64,000 bases of DNA from a bacterium (lineage in GTDB: Bacteria; SAR324; JACQKK01), in NCBI GenBank assembly GCA_965249525.1, contig OZ252237.1:772443-836442 (forward strand), read 5' to 3'. Positions within the stretch are counted from its first letter, which is position 1; the number at the start of each line of letters is the position of its first letter. The notes beneath the pieces are model-generated. The model searched no databases and was not told the origin of the DNA. It saw only the letters and a program-made list of their open reading frames with translations. Positions 17,803 through 27,596 of the stretch are shown one piece after another. A program made the position numbers and the translations under genes.

Positions 17803-18404
17803 TGAAACGCATCGGGATTCTCGCACTGCAGGGTGCGGTGAATCCGCATCAGCTCAAATTTTCTGCCTTGGGGGCAGAAGTGTTGCTGATTCGTGAGGCT
17901 GCTCAGCTTAATTGCTGCCATGGTCTCGTCATTCCCGGAGGCGAAAGCACCACGCTCTCCCTGCTGCTGAACATTTTTCAGCTGCTCCAGCCTATCCAAT
18001 CCTTTGCGCAGCGCAAACCCATCTGGGGTGTCTGTGCAGGTGCTATTCTCATGGCACAGCACATTCAAAATCCCCACAATCAAAACTCCAGGGATAATGG
18101 ATTGGGCATTGTTCCCATTCAAATCCAGCGCAATGCCTATGGCAGACAAAATGAAAGCTTCATCACCCAGCTTGACCTCAGCCTTCCCCATCAAGTAGCT
18201 CAATCACAGGAAGCTGTTTTCATCCGCGCTCCTCGCATTCAGCAAGCCCATGCCTCATGCCAAATTCTTGCACAATACCAACAATCGCCTGCTGCTATTA
18301 CTTTCCAACATCATCTTCTCACCACCTTTCATCCCGAACTCTCCCAGCATAGCCTGCTGCACCCCTTTTTTCTCTCCCTTTGCCAGCAGAAGCAAGACCA
18401 GTAA
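17802..18404 (+). CDS. pdxT: pyridoxal 5'-phosphate synthase, glutaminase subunit
   Basis: [13 protein letters not shown]..., GLVIPGGESTT and WGVCAGAILMA (catalytic Cys). The ATG overlaps the pdxS stop (TAATG). Confidence 0.9.
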   Translation: MKRIGILALQGAVNPHQLKFSALGAEVLLIREAAQLNCCHGLVIPGGESTTLSLLLNIFQLLQPIQSFAQRKPIWGVCAGAILMAQHIQNPHNQNSRDNGLGIVPIQIQRNAYGRQNESFITQLDLSLPHQVAQSQEAVFIRAPRIQQAHASCQILAQYQQSPAAITFQHHLLTTFHPELSQHSLLHPFFLSLCQQKQDQ

Positions 18405-18565
18405 AAACTGTCTTCTTGCGGACTCTTGAAATTATAACTTGATAGCGCAGAGAAGACTTGGGTTGCATATTCCTTAAAATATTTGTTATTGAATTAATGG
18501 CGTGTCTGGGATAAATCTTATTAGACAGATTGCTGCCAATTTTTCTGGCAAGTGGAGGTCCAGCT

Positions 18566-19363
18566 ATGGAATGGAAACGCAGGTTGTGGGGATTGGCGGG
18601 GGTTATTTCGGTGATATGGGTATTGATGGGGCTGGGGAGTGGGATGTGGGCGATATGGCGGCTGCCGCTGCAATCGGTGGAGGTATGGGGTTTGCGCCAG
18701 TTGAAGACAGAGGATCTGATGGCACATACAGACTTGGGCAGGCATAGGAATTGGTTAGCAGTAGATGGGTATAGTTTGGCATTGCGGTTATTGGATCATG
18801 CGGGGATTGCACAGGCGGATGTCATCAAGCTGCTTCCTGGGGAGCTGCGCTTGCGTTTGCATGAGCGTGAACCGATTTTGCGGGTGGTGTTAGCCGATGG
18901 CAGTTGGGGATTGTTGGATGTAGAGGGTGTGGTATTGGCACATGCGCAAAAGGTGGCGGGTGGGATGCAGATGCAAACAGTATATGGGTCTGGGGAGATA
19001 GCTGCGGGTAAATATTTTCCTACTGTAATGTTGGATGAGCCTCAGCTTGAGCTTGGAAAGCCTTTGGAGAGTGCTGCTTTGGAGCGGTCTATAAAGGTAT
19101 TGCAAGCGGCGGCAGCTGCAAATTGGCCTGCGGAGTTACCCTTGTTGGTGGATGCGAGCAAGCCGTATGAGGTGAGGGTGGAAGCGCCTGATGGAGCAAA
19201 GCTTCGGTTTGAGAAGGAACATGCGGTTAGTGCGTTTAAGGTGTGGATGAAGAATCGCAGTATACAGCCGCATTTGCTGGCAAAAGATATGATCATGGAT
19301 ATGGTGGGACAAGAAAGTAGACAGGGTACCTTATTTATACTTCGCCCACTTGCTGTCCCGTGA
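18566..19363 (+). CDS. FtsQ/DivIB-like POTRA-domain membrane protein (not in a dcw cluster)
   Basis: GGAGG lies 8 nt before the ATG at 18566. One N-terminal TM helix is followed by a POTRA-like block: LQSVEVWGLRQLKTEDLMAHTDL...LPGELRLRLHEREPI. Confidence 0.6.
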   Translation: MEWKRRLWGLAGVISVIWVLMGLGSGMWAIWRLPLQSVEVWGLRQLKTEDLMAHTDLGRHRNWLAVDGYSLALRLLDHAGIAQADVIKLLPGELRLRLHEREPILRVVLADGSWGLLDVEGVVLAHAQKVAGGMQMQTVYGSGEIAAGKYFPTVMLDEPQLELGKPLESAALERSIKVLQAAAAANWPAELPLLVDASKPYEVRVEAPDGAKLRFEKEHAVSAFKVWMKNRSIQPHLLAKDMIMDMVGQESRQGTLFILRPLAVP

Positions 19364-19437
19364 AAAGATGCTACATTTTTTATGTTAGCCAGGAGGATAG
19401 CAGTCTCTTTACAGGTATATTTTGTAATAGTTAAAAG

Positions 19438-19908
19438 ATGCGGTTATTATTGCAGCGATGTGATGGGATAGAAGTATCTAGAGGTAGGCAGAATTCCTGT
19501 TCATCAGGAGATGCCTTACTGGCATTGGTTGGCTTTGCTCAGGGTGATAAGCAAGAATATCTACAGCCAATGGCGGTAAAAATGCTCAATTTACGCTTAT
19601 TTCCAGCCTCAAAGGATGTTGTAAAGATGGAAAAAAATCTGCTGGAAATTGGCGGGGGCCTCACCCTGGTACCGCAGGTTACCTTGTATGCCGATTTCAA
19701 TAAGGGGCAGACGCCAAGCTTCACTCAGGCTATGCCATCAGAACAGGCACACAAACTATTTGAGGAATTTATCGGAGTGTGTGCTGAAGAATTGCAGCTG
19801 CATCATCCTCGCAAAGCGGCGGCTCTGGCACACGGCTGGTTTGGGGCAGATATGCGTGTTGCCCTTGTCAATCATGGGCCTGTCACTGTGATGCTGGAGC
19901 ACCCCTAG
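19438..19908 (+). CDS. dtd: D-aminoacyl-tRNA deacylase
   Basis: MRLLLQRC..., VPQVTLYADFNKGQTPSF and GADMRVALVNHGPVTVMLE match DTD blocks. Confidence 0.85.
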   Translation: MRLLLQRCDGIEVSRGRQNSCSSGDALLALVGFAQGDKQEYLQPMAVKMLNLRLFPASKDVVKMEKNLLEIGGGLTLVPQVTLYADFNKGQTPSFTQAMPSEQAHKLFEEFIGVCAEELQLHHPRKAAALAHGWFGADMRVALVNHGPVTVMLEHP

Positions 19909-19950
19909 ACAGGCCTAATGCATCACATTTCTGTCTAGGAGCATTTCCCG

Positions 19951-21159
19951 CTAGTTATGGAGGGGATCAGGGGATGTTTTGGCAAGCGGAGTGGAGAAAG
20001 TTTGCTGGTTGGCATACACCACAAGAGGGTCAGGTGCAAAGCAAATGCCCACTTGATCTCCTGGATGGAGGGTGGGGCAATGGGGAAGGGTGGCGCGGAT
20101 GTGTTGTCCTGATGCGAGACGGAAGGTATAGCTGGGCATGCCCCCGAGAAAACCTGCTTCATGTACTATGGCGCGCACAGCCCAAGATTCTGTGCGTAGG
20201 TGGACAGAAGAGGGGGGAACAAGAATTTGATAGGGCCCTTTTGCAGGGAGGTTTTCAGGCGCGGGGAAACGTCCAAGTTCGGTGCGCAGGAAGCAGCCAT
20301 CGCGCTGGGCAGGGAGCAGGCATTCCATACCAAAGAAACAAGCAACAAAAGGGCTGGCAGGACAACGAAGGGTTTCTACCGGAGTAGCAATTTGCTCTAA
20401 TTTTCCCTGATTCATCACAACCATACGATCTGAAAGGTTAAGAGCCTCCTCCTGGTCATGTGTCACCAGAATACAGGAGGCTTTGGCATTTTTGAGGAGT
20501 TGTTTGACTTCAGAGCGTAGTCGGCGACGAAGATTGGCGTCTAAGTTGCTAAATGGTTCGTCTAGCAACAGGACATCGGGTTTAGGGGCAAGAGCCCGTG
20601 CCAGGGCGGTGCGTTGTTGTTGTCCACCAGAGATTTCATGCGGGAAGTTCTCAGCAAATGCTTTCAAACCTGCAAGTTGCAGCATTTCATTGTATGCCTG
20701 CTTCTTTTCTATGGCTGAAAGCTTTGCGGATGGTCGTGGTGCAGCTGGTTGTACGTCGTTGCATGCAGTGTTTGCAGCAGGAAGACGATATGCTTTGCGG
20801 TTGCCATTGCGTAAGCCGAAGCAGATGTTGTCCTTCACAGAAAGGTGCGGAAAGAGGGCATAGTCTTGGAATACCATCCCTACACCACGATGCTCCGGAG
20901 GCAGCGTCCATCCTGGACGACTAATGCACGCACCCCTTAAATGAATGCAGCCATCATCCGGGTTTTCAAAGCCACCAATCATACGCAGCAAGGTGGTTTT
21001 GCCACAGCCACTGGGACCCACCACGCACAGCAATTCGCCCTCTTGCAGATTGAGGTTGAAGTCACGCACAGCCCAAGGAGCTTGCTGAAAACGTTTGCTG
21101 ACGTTTTTTAGTTCCAGCAAACAAACAGATGAATCAATGGTGGTTTGCTCAACAGGCAT
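19951..21159 (-). CDS. fbpC: ABC transporter ATP-binding protein, Fe3+/polyamine-import type with a C-terminal TOBE-like domain
   Basis: Walker A GPSGCGKTT, signature ISGGQQQRTALARAL, Walker B LLLDEPFSNLD. The ATG at 21159 is preferred over the TTG at 21198. Confidence 0.85.
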   Translation of the reverse strand: MPVEQTTIDSSVCLLELKNVSKRFQQAPWAVRDFNLNLQEGELLCVVGPSGCGKTTLLRMIGGFENPDDGCIHLRGACISRPGWTLPPEHRGVGMVFQDYALFPHLSVKDNICFGLRNGNRKAYRLPAANTACNDVQPAAPRPSAKLSAIEKKQAYNEMLQLAGLKAFAENFPHEISGGQQQRTALARALAPKPDVLLLDEPFSNLDANLRRRLRSEVKQLLKNAKASCILVTHDQEEALNLSDRMVVMNQGKLEQIATPVETLRCPASPFVACFFGMECLLPAQRDGCFLRTELGRFPAPENLPAKGPYQILVPPSSVHLRTESWAVRAIVHEAGFLGGMPSYTFRLASGQHIRATLPHCPTLHPGDQVGICFAPDPLVVYANQQTFSTPLAKTSPDPLHN

Positions 21160-21357
21160 AAAAAGGACAAGGGAAAAATCAAGAAAAAACAATGGCAAAT
21201 AAGTTATTCATACACCCATATTACCTACCCTAACATACCGCTTGTGTTTAAGTCTAACAAACAAAGCAATGGGGAAATAGGGCTGCATGGCTTTGGGGAT
21301 TCTTTACCAAGTTTTTCGGATTTTGTGGGGGGTTTTGCCATTTTGCAGCAGGGGGAG

Positions 21358-23031
21358 TTATTTGTTCAGGGATGGATTTTTGTGAAGCAGCAGTAGGGTG
21401 GGGATGGTGTTAGCGATGATAAGGATGAGTGCACTGGTGGCGGCGGGAGAGAAGGCTTCTGTGGAGGCGTATTCAAAGATGCGGGTGGGGAGGGTATCAA
21501 AATTGAAGGGTCTGAGGATAAGGGTGAGAGGGAGTTCTTTCATGGAGTCTATAAAGACCAGCAGTGCTGCAGAAAGGAGGGTGTGTTGTAGGATGGGTCT
21601 ATGGATTTTCCAGAATGTGGTGAGGGGTCCTGCACCGAGGGAGCGTGCGGCGTGGAGGAGTTTGGTATCTAGTCGGCTGAGGCCGCTGTGAAAGGTGGCA
21701 GTACTGATGGAGAGGAAACGTGCGTAATAGGCCAGCAAGACAGCCAGCAGTGATCCGCTGATCAGCCAGGGTTGTTGGAAGCCGATGCTGTGACTGATTG
21801 CGGTGATGATATTATCCAAGAAGGCAAGGGGCAGCAGGATGCCAATGGCCAGTACCACTCCCGGTGTAGCATAGCCGAGGCGAACCAGGGTATGAGCGAA
21901 TCGTCGCCAGCCCTGGGGATGTAAATGCACCCCAAAGGCTAGCAGCCCCCCGCTGATGGTGCAGATGAGTACAGATGCCGATGATAGCAGCAGGCTGTTG
22001 GCAACTAATTGCAGCACTTCGCTGGCTGCGGAGAGACTGTTGGTTAGACTGCCTGTTAGCTGTAGGCTGAATTGTGCAGCGGCTTCCCACACCAAGGCGA
22101 TGCTGGGCAGCAAAAAACCCAGCAGCACCGGTAACACACAGAACACAACCGCTACCAGTTGACGTATGGGACTGAGGACAAAGGGAGGCTGTATTTTGTC
22201 CGTCAAGCCCAAGGCATATAACGGCTGACTACGTCGCAAACGCGCCAGCTGCCAACCCAACAATAACAACACCCCCAAGGGGAGCATCGCCAGCTGTGCT
22301 GCTGCTGGCGCATTGCCCATAGCAAACCAAACCCGATACACGCCCACCGTAAAAGTCGGCACCGCAAATAATTCCACCACCCCAAAATCGCTTAAAGCTT
22401 CCATCACTGTCAAGGCTGCGCCTGCTGCAATCGCAGGCCGTGCCAATGGTAAAGACAATGTCCAGAAACATCGCCAGGGAGAACCTCCCAAACTCCTTCC
22501 CGCTTCAAACACCCGTGCATACTGCTTCACAAAGGCAGTACGCGCCAGCAAAAACACATACGGATACAAGGTGATACTCAAAAATACCGCCGCCCCCAAT
22601 ATCCCTCGCACTTCAGGAAACCAGTACGCTGACGCATCTTCCCAGCCAAATACTGCCCGCAATCCACGCTGTACGGGACCTGTATAATCCAATAACTCTG
22701 TATATACAAACGCTGCCAAATATCCAGGCATAGCCAAAGGCAGTAGCAAAGCCGTTGATAATATCCCTCGTCCACGAAAATGGCACATGCTTACCAACCA
22801 AGCACTGCTTACACCCAGTAGCAAACATCCCATCGCCACCAAAAATGCCAGTAACAAGCTGGTCCAAACATACCGCGGCAACAGCGTCTGCCACAAATGC
22901 CCCCAGATCCCCTCAGCAGGACGCAAAGCCACCACTACCAAACCCATCAACGGCAGCAAAGCCAGAACCACCAAGCACAACATGCCCGATTTCCAGGCTG
23001 CCCCCCCTAGCCGCGACCATTCAATGCCCAT
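21358..23031 (-). CDS. fbpB: iron(III) ABC transporter permease (duplicated 2 x 6-TM type)
   Basis: 557-aa polytopic protein with two EAA-like loops (AGRSLGGSPWRCFWTLSLPLARPA; AARSLGAGPLTTFWKIHRPIL). Confidence 0.85.
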   Translation of the reverse strand: MGIEWSRLGGAAWKSGMLCLVVLALLPLMGLVVVALRPAEGIWGHLWQTLLPRYVWTSLLLAFLVAMGCLLLGVSSAWLVSMCHFRGRGILSTALLLPLAMPGYLAAFVYTELLDYTGPVQRGLRAVFGWEDASAYWFPEVRGILGAAVFLSITLYPYVFLLARTAFVKQYARVFEAGRSLGGSPWRCFWTLSLPLARPAIAAGAALTVMEALSDFGVVELFAVPTFTVGVYRVWFAMGNAPAAAQLAMLPLGVLLLLGWQLARLRRSQPLYALGLTDKIQPPFVLSPIRQLVAVVFCVLPVLLGFLLPSIALVWEAAAQFSLQLTGSLTNSLSAASEVLQLVANSLLLSSASVLICTISGGLLAFGVHLHPQGWRRFAHTLVRLGYATPGVVLAIGILLPLAFLDNIITAISHSIGFQQPWLISGSLLAVLLAYYARFLSISTATFHSGLSRLDTKLLHAARSLGAGPLTTFWKIHRPILQHTLLSAALLVFIDSMKELPLTLILRPFNFDTLPTRIFEYASTEAFSPAATSALILIIANTIPTLLLLHKNPSLNK

Positions 23032-23251
23032 TAGCTAAACCCTAACAAACAGGCAATGGACAGCCAAAGCGTGAAGTCGTGCCATGAGCAAATTGGATCT
23101 CAGCAAGTTGTTCTCATATAGAATTGACAAGCAGCGTGATAAAATCGTATCAGCAGGTCATTCAAGCAGCTATAACTAAACAACCTTAAAAGGCTTTTCC
23201 GTTAAAAATGAGACTTCCAAGCAGGTTAATCTCTTTTATGACAATTGTTTC

Positions 23252-24235
23252 ATGCAAGCAACGCTAAAAAATCGTACCATTTTTTGTCAAGACAATTTGG
23301 AAGTCTTAGGGGGTATTAACTCCAAAAGCATAGACCTCATTTACCTTGACCCGCCATTTAATAAAAAAAGGACTTTTCATGCCCCCAGGGGCACTGCTGC
23401 TGAAGGCGCTAATTTTCAGGATGTTTTTAAAGAGGATGATATAAAAGAAGAGTGGCTGGGACTGATAGCAGACAAAGAACCCAAACTGGCTGCCTACTTA
23501 CAAGGCATCAAAGCCATCGGGACTATCAGCAACTTTGCTTATCTTGTCTATATGGGGGTGAGGATTTTAGAGTTGTATCGGGTGTTGAAAGATACGGGGA
23601 GTTTATATCTACACTGTGATCCTGCTATGAGTCACTACTTAAAGATACTGTTAGATTGTATTTTTGAAGAGGCAAATTTTTCCAATGAGATTGTTTGGAG
23701 AATAGGCTGGGTATCAGGATACAAAACACAAAAAGAGGGCTGGATACGCAACCATGACATTATTCTTTATTATGTAAAAAACAAATCTGGGTATATTTTT
23801 AATAAAGAATATATTCCCTACACCAAAGACTATAAAAGGCGTGACGGTTCACTGCCAACAGGCAAGGGTATTCCGATAGAAGATACCTGGAATTGTCACC
23901 AAGCAGATGTTCTGGATTCAATTATGATTAAAAGCTTTGCCAAAGAAAAAACTGGCTATCCCACCCAAAAAAACCTTGCTTTGTTGGAACGCATTATTCA
24001 AGCAAGCAGCAACCAAGGCGACCTTGTACTAGACCCTTTTTGCGGCTGTGCCACCACCTGTATAGCTGCTGAAAGGTTGGCCAGGCAGTGGGTAGGAATT
24101 GATATCAGCGAAAAATCTTTTGGCTCGGTGAAGCAAAGAATACAAAAAGAAATTGCAGAGCATCCATTTCAAGGCAAGGCCATTTTTAGAACCGATATCC
24201 CGCAGCGCACGGACAACAAGCAGCAGCTCAGCTAA
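23252..24235 (+). CDS. beta-class N6-adenine/N4-cytosine DNA methyltransferase (N6_N4_Mtase family), no partner endonuclease seen
   Basis: The catalytic DPPF (IDLIYLDPPFNKK) precedes the SAM-binding VLDPFCGCATT. Low GC (22/60 at 23281-23340, against 35/60 in adjacent fbpB). Confidence 0.9.
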   Translation: MQATLKNRTIFCQDNLEVLGGINSKSIDLIYLDPPFNKKRTFHAPRGTAAEGANFQDVFKEDDIKEEWLGLIADKEPKLAAYLQGIKAIGTISNFAYLVYMGVRILELYRVLKDTGSLYLHCDPAMSHYLKILLDCIFEEANFSNEIVWRIGWVSGYKTQKEGWIRNHDIILYYVKNKSGYIFNKEYIPYTKDYKRRDGSLPTGKGIPIEDTWNCHQADVLDSIMIKSFAKEKTGYPTQKNLALLERIIQASSNQGDLVLDPFCGCATTCIAAERLARQWVGIDISEKSFGSVKQRIQKEIAEHPFQGKAIFRTDIPQRTDNKQQLS

Positions 24236-24314
24236 AAACGGACAAGCAAAAGATCCAGCCCCTGAGTCTTCCTTGCAGGCAGCCTTACAAAGGAAAGAAA
24301 TGGCTTGCTGGTAG

Positions 24315-25388
24315 TTACTCCCAGCCAGCCTGATCCATCAAACGTACGGCTTGGGAACGGAAAGCAGCTACACGCTCAATGTGCAGCCGATCCTGCTTGA
24401 ATTTACCCAGCTGCTGTAGGAAATCGGACAAGGGTACCCGCTTGTTGACAGGGTATTCAAAATTGGCTTTGGCGTACAGTTCTTGTGCCTGTGGGGATCC
24501 CAAGAATTCCAGCAGTGCAATGGCTTGCTGGCGGTTGGGTGCATGGCGTGTGACTCCACCCCCACTGATATTTACATGAGTGCCGCGGTCTCCCTGATTG
24601 GGAAACACCACTTTGATGGCTTTGCCCCAAGGGGCTTGCGTAGGGGTTTTGGTGATGAGTCCCAGATAATAGGTGTTAACCAAGGCAACATCGCACAAGC
24701 CTTGCCAGATAGCCTTGATTTGTGCGCGATCATTGCCTTGGGGTTTGCGTGCCAGATTGCCTCGCACCGATTTTGCCCATTGGAGGGCTTGTTTTTCGCC
24801 ATGGTGGGCAATCAGAGATGCCAAAAGAGACACATTGTAGGAATGTTGCCCAGAACGCGAACAGACACGACCCTTCCAAGTCGGCAGTGCTAAATCTTCG
24901 TAGCGTTTGAGAGAGTTGGAGGGGACTCGGTCTTTAGAGACCACCATCACCCGCGCCCGCACAGTGAGGGCGTACCAGAGGCCATCTTTATGGCGCAGAT
25001 GTCGGGGCACGCTGCGGTTAAGCTTGAGAGAACGGATGGGTTGCAGCAAGCCGGCGTCTGCTGCTTGTACCATGCGACCGAAATCGGCAGTCAGCAGCAC
25101 ATCGGCGGGGCTGCGTGGGCCTTCTTGTTTTAGGCGTTCTATCAATCCTTTGGAGGAAAATACCACATTCACTTTGCTGCCGCTGGATTTGGTAAAGGCG
25201 TCAAACAGGGGTTGCACCAGCTGTCGCTGACGATAGCTGTATACATTCACTTCTGACTGGGCCTGGGCAGTCCAGGTTGCTGTAAGGGTAAAACCAGCGA
25301 AGAGACACAATGTCAGCAGCAGTGTCAACAATATGTGCTTGTTGTTATAGTTAGAAAAAAAAGTATGCTTGATGTTGGTATTTATCAT
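24315..25388 (-). CDS. fbpA: Fe3+ ABC transporter periplasmic substrate-binding protein
   Basis: Signal peptide ...TATWTAQAQ, then VNVYSYRQRQLVQPLFDAFTK..., typical of the FbpA/AfuA family. Confidence 0.85.
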   Translation of the reverse strand: MINTNIKHTFFSNYNNKHILLTLLLTLCLFAGFTLTATWTAQAQSEVNVYSYRQRQLVQPLFDAFTKSSGSKVNVVFSSKGLIERLKQEGPRSPADVLLTADFGRMVQAADAGLLQPIRSLKLNRSVPRHLRHKDGLWYALTVRARVMVVSKDRVPSNSLKRYEDLALPTWKGRVCSRSGQHSYNVSLLASLIAHHGEKQALQWAKSVRGNLARKPQGNDRAQIKAIWQGLCDVALVNTYYLGLITKTPTQAPWGKAIKVVFPNQGDRGTHVNISGGGVTRHAPNRQQAIALLEFLGSPQAQELYAKANFEYPVNKRVPLSDFLQQLGKFKQDRLHIERVAAFRSQAVRLMDQAGWE

Positions 25389-25513
25389 TATTGAGAGATA
25401 TTAAAAGGACGGTGAAATTCTTGACCAAATCTCACCATCGTCAGCAGGCGGTAGGAGAGATATGCAGCTATTGTGATGCAGCAAGAAATTCTTTGTCAAT
25501 GGTGTTAATAAAT

Positions 25514-26962
25514 ATGAAAACAATGTCTAGGGGATGGATGGAGCAACAACATACTGGAATTTGGTATGGTGCGCTATGGTTTTTTGGGGTGATGCTGGCA
25601 GCGGGGATGGTGTTATGGCAGCCTGGGGCAGCTGTGGCAGAGACTCCATTACCGGTGGTGGGTATGTGGAGCAAGGGGCATCATACTTGTGTTTTGCTGG
25701 AGGTGGCGGAGGGGGATAGGCGGGTAAAATGTTGGGGGCGCAATAATTATGGTCAGTTGGGCATAGGTGTTGCGCCTTTTTTGGGTTCTGGTGCTTCAGT
25801 TTATGCCAGGCATGCAGCCATAGGTGACCAAGCTGGCGAGATGGGTGATAAGCTGCCATTTGTGGATCTGGGAAGCGGCGTGCAGGCGCAATCATTGGCA
25901 GTGGGATATTTTCATACTTGTGCCTTGTTGATCGATGGACGGGTGAAATGCTGGGGGTTGAATACCAGTGGAGAGATTGGGTTGGGAGATGACTCATGGT
26001 CCAAGCGCTTGATTGGAGATACACCTGAAGAAATGGGGGATGGGCTGCCATTTATAGATTTTGGCAAGGGATTAAGCCCGATAGAATTAACAGCAGGAGG
26101 GTTTTACACTTGCGCGCTGTTTAAGCAGGGACGTATAAAGTGCTGGGGTTTTAATGGTCATGGAGAGTTGGGGTTGGAGAACATTGAGGGGGACCGATAT
26201 CGGGTGGGAGATCAACCCCAGGAAATGGGAGACCAGCTGCCTTTTGTCAATTTGGGTGCAGGCATGCGGGTGCGTTCGTTGAGTGCTGGTCGCACACACA
26301 CCTGTGCGCTGCTGGAGAATGGACGCGTAAAGTGCTGGGGTTTGAATGACTGGAGACAGCTGGGCTATGATGACCCGCAGCCACGGGGCGATGTTGCGGG
26401 GGAAATGGGGGACAAGCTGCCCTTTGTGCCATTGGGAGGCTTGCGTGTCACACGCTTATACAGTGGCGACTATTTCAGCTGCGCACTATTGCAGCAGGGA
26501 CGCATCAAGTGTTGGGGGCGTAGTTCTCAGGGTTTACTGGGGGGTGGAATAAACAAGCATTCTATCAAAGCCGATGATGCCAAGCAGGGCTGGCTGGTTC
26601 CAGCCAAGGGGCAGCAAATATTACAAGTGGTGGGAGGCTGGTTGCATGCCTGTGCCATCCTGACTGGAGGGAAATTGAAATGTTGGGGGGATGCCAGTTT
26701 TGGAGTTCTGGGAAGGTTGGAGAGTAAGCTGCAACCTTTGTCCCAGCAGCCTGAGGTAATGGTGGGAGGTCCTGTCAGTCATCTTGCCTTAACAGAAAGA
26801 AGTACCTGTGTGCTGATCAAGACACCACAAGGCCAGCGTGCCAAGTGCTGGGGACGTGGTCTATACGGTTTAACAGGCTACGAAAGTAGACAGAGGTTGG
26901 GCGATAAACCAGATACCATCCCTGCAAAGCTGCCTTTTATTAAGCTGGGCAGTAAAAAATAA
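25514..26962 (+). CDS. membrane-anchored or secreted RCC1-repeat (7-bladed beta-propeller) protein
   Basis: Seven (V/I/L/A)KCWG-x5-G-x-(L/I/T)G repeats, from VKCWGRNNYGQLG to AKCWGRGLYGLTG. N-terminal hydrophobic helix WYGALWFFGVMLAAGMVLW. The start could be 25499, 25514 or 25523. Confidence 0.8.
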   Translation: MKTMSRGWMEQQHTGIWYGALWFFGVMLAAGMVLWQPGAAVAETPLPVVGMWSKGHHTCVLLEVAEGDRRVKCWGRNNYGQLGIGVAPFLGSGASVYARHAAIGDQAGEMGDKLPFVDLGSGVQAQSLAVGYFHTCALLIDGRVKCWGLNTSGEIGLGDDSWSKRLIGDTPEEMGDGLPFIDFGKGLSPIELTAGGFYTCALFKQGRIKCWGFNGHGELGLENIEGDRYRVGDQPQEMGDQLPFVNLGAGMRVRSLSAGRTHTCALLENGRVKCWGLNDWRQLGYDDPQPRGDVAGEMGDKLPFVPLGGLRVTRLYSGDYFSCALLQQGRIKCWGRSSQGLLGGGINKHSIKADDAKQGWLVPAKGQQILQVVGGWLHACAILTGGKLKCWGDASFGVLGRLESKLQPLSQQPEVMVGGPVSHLALTERSTCVLIKTPQGQRAKCWGRGLYGLTGYESRQRLGDKPDTIPAKLPFIKLGSKK

Positions 26963-26980
26963 ACCCTTGTGATGAGTATC

Positions 26981-27481
26981 TTAATCTTTGTCTGTTATAT
27001 GTGCCATCTTGTCTCTTGAGCTTAATTTGCCACTGTTACTTGCATCCTTCAAACAATCCTGACACAAACCAAACACATGGTGCGTATGTGATGTCTGCAT
27101 AAAGTCAAACCGTTCACAAATGTGCTGCTGTATCTTTTCCAACTCAGGATTGTCAAATTCTATCACCTTGCCGCAGCCAGTACATATCAAATGGTCATGA
27201 TGCAGCCCAGGTGCTGTGGTTTCATATAGCCGACCTTGTTCTCCAAAATCTCGCTTCTCCATTAAACTACAGGCTTGCAACATCCCTAATGTGCGATACA
27301 CCGTTGCTCGTGAAATTTCCAATCCCTTCGCATGCAAACGCGCCAACAATTCTTCTGCTTCAAAATGACCAGGACCGCAGAATATTTCATTCACCACCGC
27401 TCGTCGCTGAGAAGTTAACTGCAATCCTTGCTGACGCAAATGTTCCAAAAAAAATGCCTTATCTAACTTGTTCCCGTCCAT
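26981..27481 (-). CDS. fur: Fur-family metalloregulator
   Basis: LTSQRRAVVNEIF...SRATVYRTLGML (winged helix), HHDHLICTGCGKVIEF and a C-terminal CxxC. GAGGA lies upstream of the ATG at 27481. Fur versus Zur cannot be resolved by eye. Confidence 0.8.
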   Translation of the reverse strand: MDGNKLDKAFFLEHLRQQGLQLTSQRRAVVNEIFCGPGHFEAEELLARLHAKGLEISRATVYRTLGMLQACSLMEKRDFGEQGRLYETTAPGLHHDHLICTGCGKVIEFDNPELEKIQQHICERFDFMQTSHTHHVFGLCQDCLKDASNSGKLSSRDKMAHITDKD

Positions 27482-27596
27482 CCCTATCCTCTCAAACTTA
27501 CAAAAAAATCCATCCTTTTTCTTCCTTCTTGTTATCATAACCTCAACCCATACCAAATCCTATTCTTGCAAATTATTCTGCCACTATCTTTTCGCT

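Noticed and set aside
25375-25400. Fur box overlapping the fbpA start (TTTATCATTATTGAGA)
   Set aside because: Only one half-site (TCATTAT) matches the 19-bp GATAATGATAATCATTATC consensus, which is too weak to call without a lineage-specific matrix.
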